From Candidatus Falkowbacteria bacterium LH_S3 (lineage in GTDB: Bacteria; Patescibacteriota; Patescibacteriia; Patescibacteriales; JAGXOH01), in the NCBI GenBank assembly GCA_023659985.1, contig JAGXOH010000001.1, positions 1 through 52,238 of the forward strand: a DNA stretch of 52,238 nucleotides. The letters run 5' to 3'. Below the pieces are notes generated by a model, which saw only the letters and a program-made list of their open reading frames with translations, ran no database searches and was not told where the DNA came from. The translations under genes were made by a program, and so were the position numbers. Shown here piece after piece: positions 51,629 through 52,238 of this stretch (positions within the stretch are counted from its first letter, which is position 1; every line of letters begins with the position of its first letter).

Positions 51629-52238
51629 TTAACAATATTTTTTAAACAATTTTCCTCGTTCCTTGTAATTGTTAAACACTCCAAAACTGGCACAACCAGG
51701 AGATAAGAGAATAACATCTCCAAAACCCCGTTTGCTTTTAGCAATCTTAACACCGTTTTTCATATCATAAACAATTTTAATTTTATTGCGAGGAAATCCT
51801 TGTTTTAATAATTCTTTTTTGAGCCGGACAGAACCCTGTCCTTTAAAAAGAACTAAATATTTAACCTTAGCCTTGATCTCTTTGGCTATTTCTTTAAAAT
51901 CAGACATTTTATCAGCTCCTCCTGCTAACAAAATAATCGGAGCACTAAAAGATCTTAAAGCCACTACTACCGATTCTGGAGTGGTGGCGAAACTATCATT
52001 AAAATATCTTACCCCTCCTTTGTAAGCGACCTTTTCCAATCTGTGTTCCAATCCTTTAAAATCAACAATTGCTTGTTTTATAATATTTTTATTGATCTTT
52101 ATTTGCTTAGTAACAATTTCAGCAGCAGCCACATTTTCTTTGTTGTGCTCACCCATTAAAGAAGTAGGTAAATCGGATTTGCTAAAATAGGAAAATTTGG
52201 CTTGAAACTTATATTTGGCTAATAAAGATTTAAGCTTT
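51629..52238 (-). CDS. murD: UDP-N-acetylmuramoylalanine--D-glutamate ligase, C-terminal part (gene runs off the window)
   Basis: GEHNKENVAAA, FKGLEHRLE, YFNDSFATTPES, LLAGGADK and LSPGCASF. The frame stays open to 52238. Confidence 0.85.
   Translation of the reverse strand, partial: KLKSLLAKYKFQAKFSYFSKSDLPTSLMGEHNKENVAAAEIVTKQIKINKNIIKQAIVDFKGLEHRLEKVAYKGGVRYFNDSFATTPESVVVALRSFSAPIILLAGGADKMSDFKEIAKEIKAKVKYLVLFKGQGSVRLKKELLKQGFPRNKIKIVYDMKNGVKIAKSKRGFGDVILLSPGCASFGVFNNYKERGKLFKKYC

Overview
AT-rich window, roughly one-third GC by eye, standard genetic code (TGA terminates ppsA). Gene content looks like a reduced Patescibacteria/CPR-type bacterium. The housekeeping backbone is ppsA, tsaD, a PGI/PMI isomerase, lgt, an LCP protein, der, pth, dprA, topA, rdgB, truB, rluB-like, a pheA/tyrA-CM/aminotransferase cluster, archaeal-type UMP kinase and murD, plus five tRNAs: Leu-TAG, Glu-TTC, Gly-TCC, Pro-GGG, Ser-CGA. 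Three accessory layers interrupt it. (1) An ~11.6 kb defence/mobile island (about 30.1-41.7 kb) abuts the 3' end of tRNA-Ser. It carries a mini-HNH / HTH-Panacea antitoxin / RelE-like toxin operon, and a 1129-aa single ORF fusing a complete LexA (wHTH plus S24 Ala-Gly/Ser/Lys) to two DNA methyltransferase modules. It also holds a second N6A methyltransferase convergent with an XRE(C-protein)-RadC-restriction endonuclease operon, a decayed Dam/DpnII-type R-M, a GC-rich structured non-coding segment, and several transposase remnants. (2) A small islet (13.9-17.9 kb) bounded by transposase remnants carries a 682-aa FHA-domain protein and a HEAT-repeat pseudogene. (3) One intact IS (1311 bp, 36-bp terminal inverted repeats, 7-bp TTTTAAG duplication) plus three organism-specific intergenic repeat families. 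These are T-tract heptamer arrays oriented toward promoters, modular 3'-end repeats with GNRA/UUCG-type hairpins, and a GGACGTTTCC hairpin present three times. The best candidate for something undescribed is the LexA-methyltransferase-methyltransferase fusion and the protease-linked wiring of the surrounding R-M island. All functional calls come from motif reading by eye, and no database search was possible.
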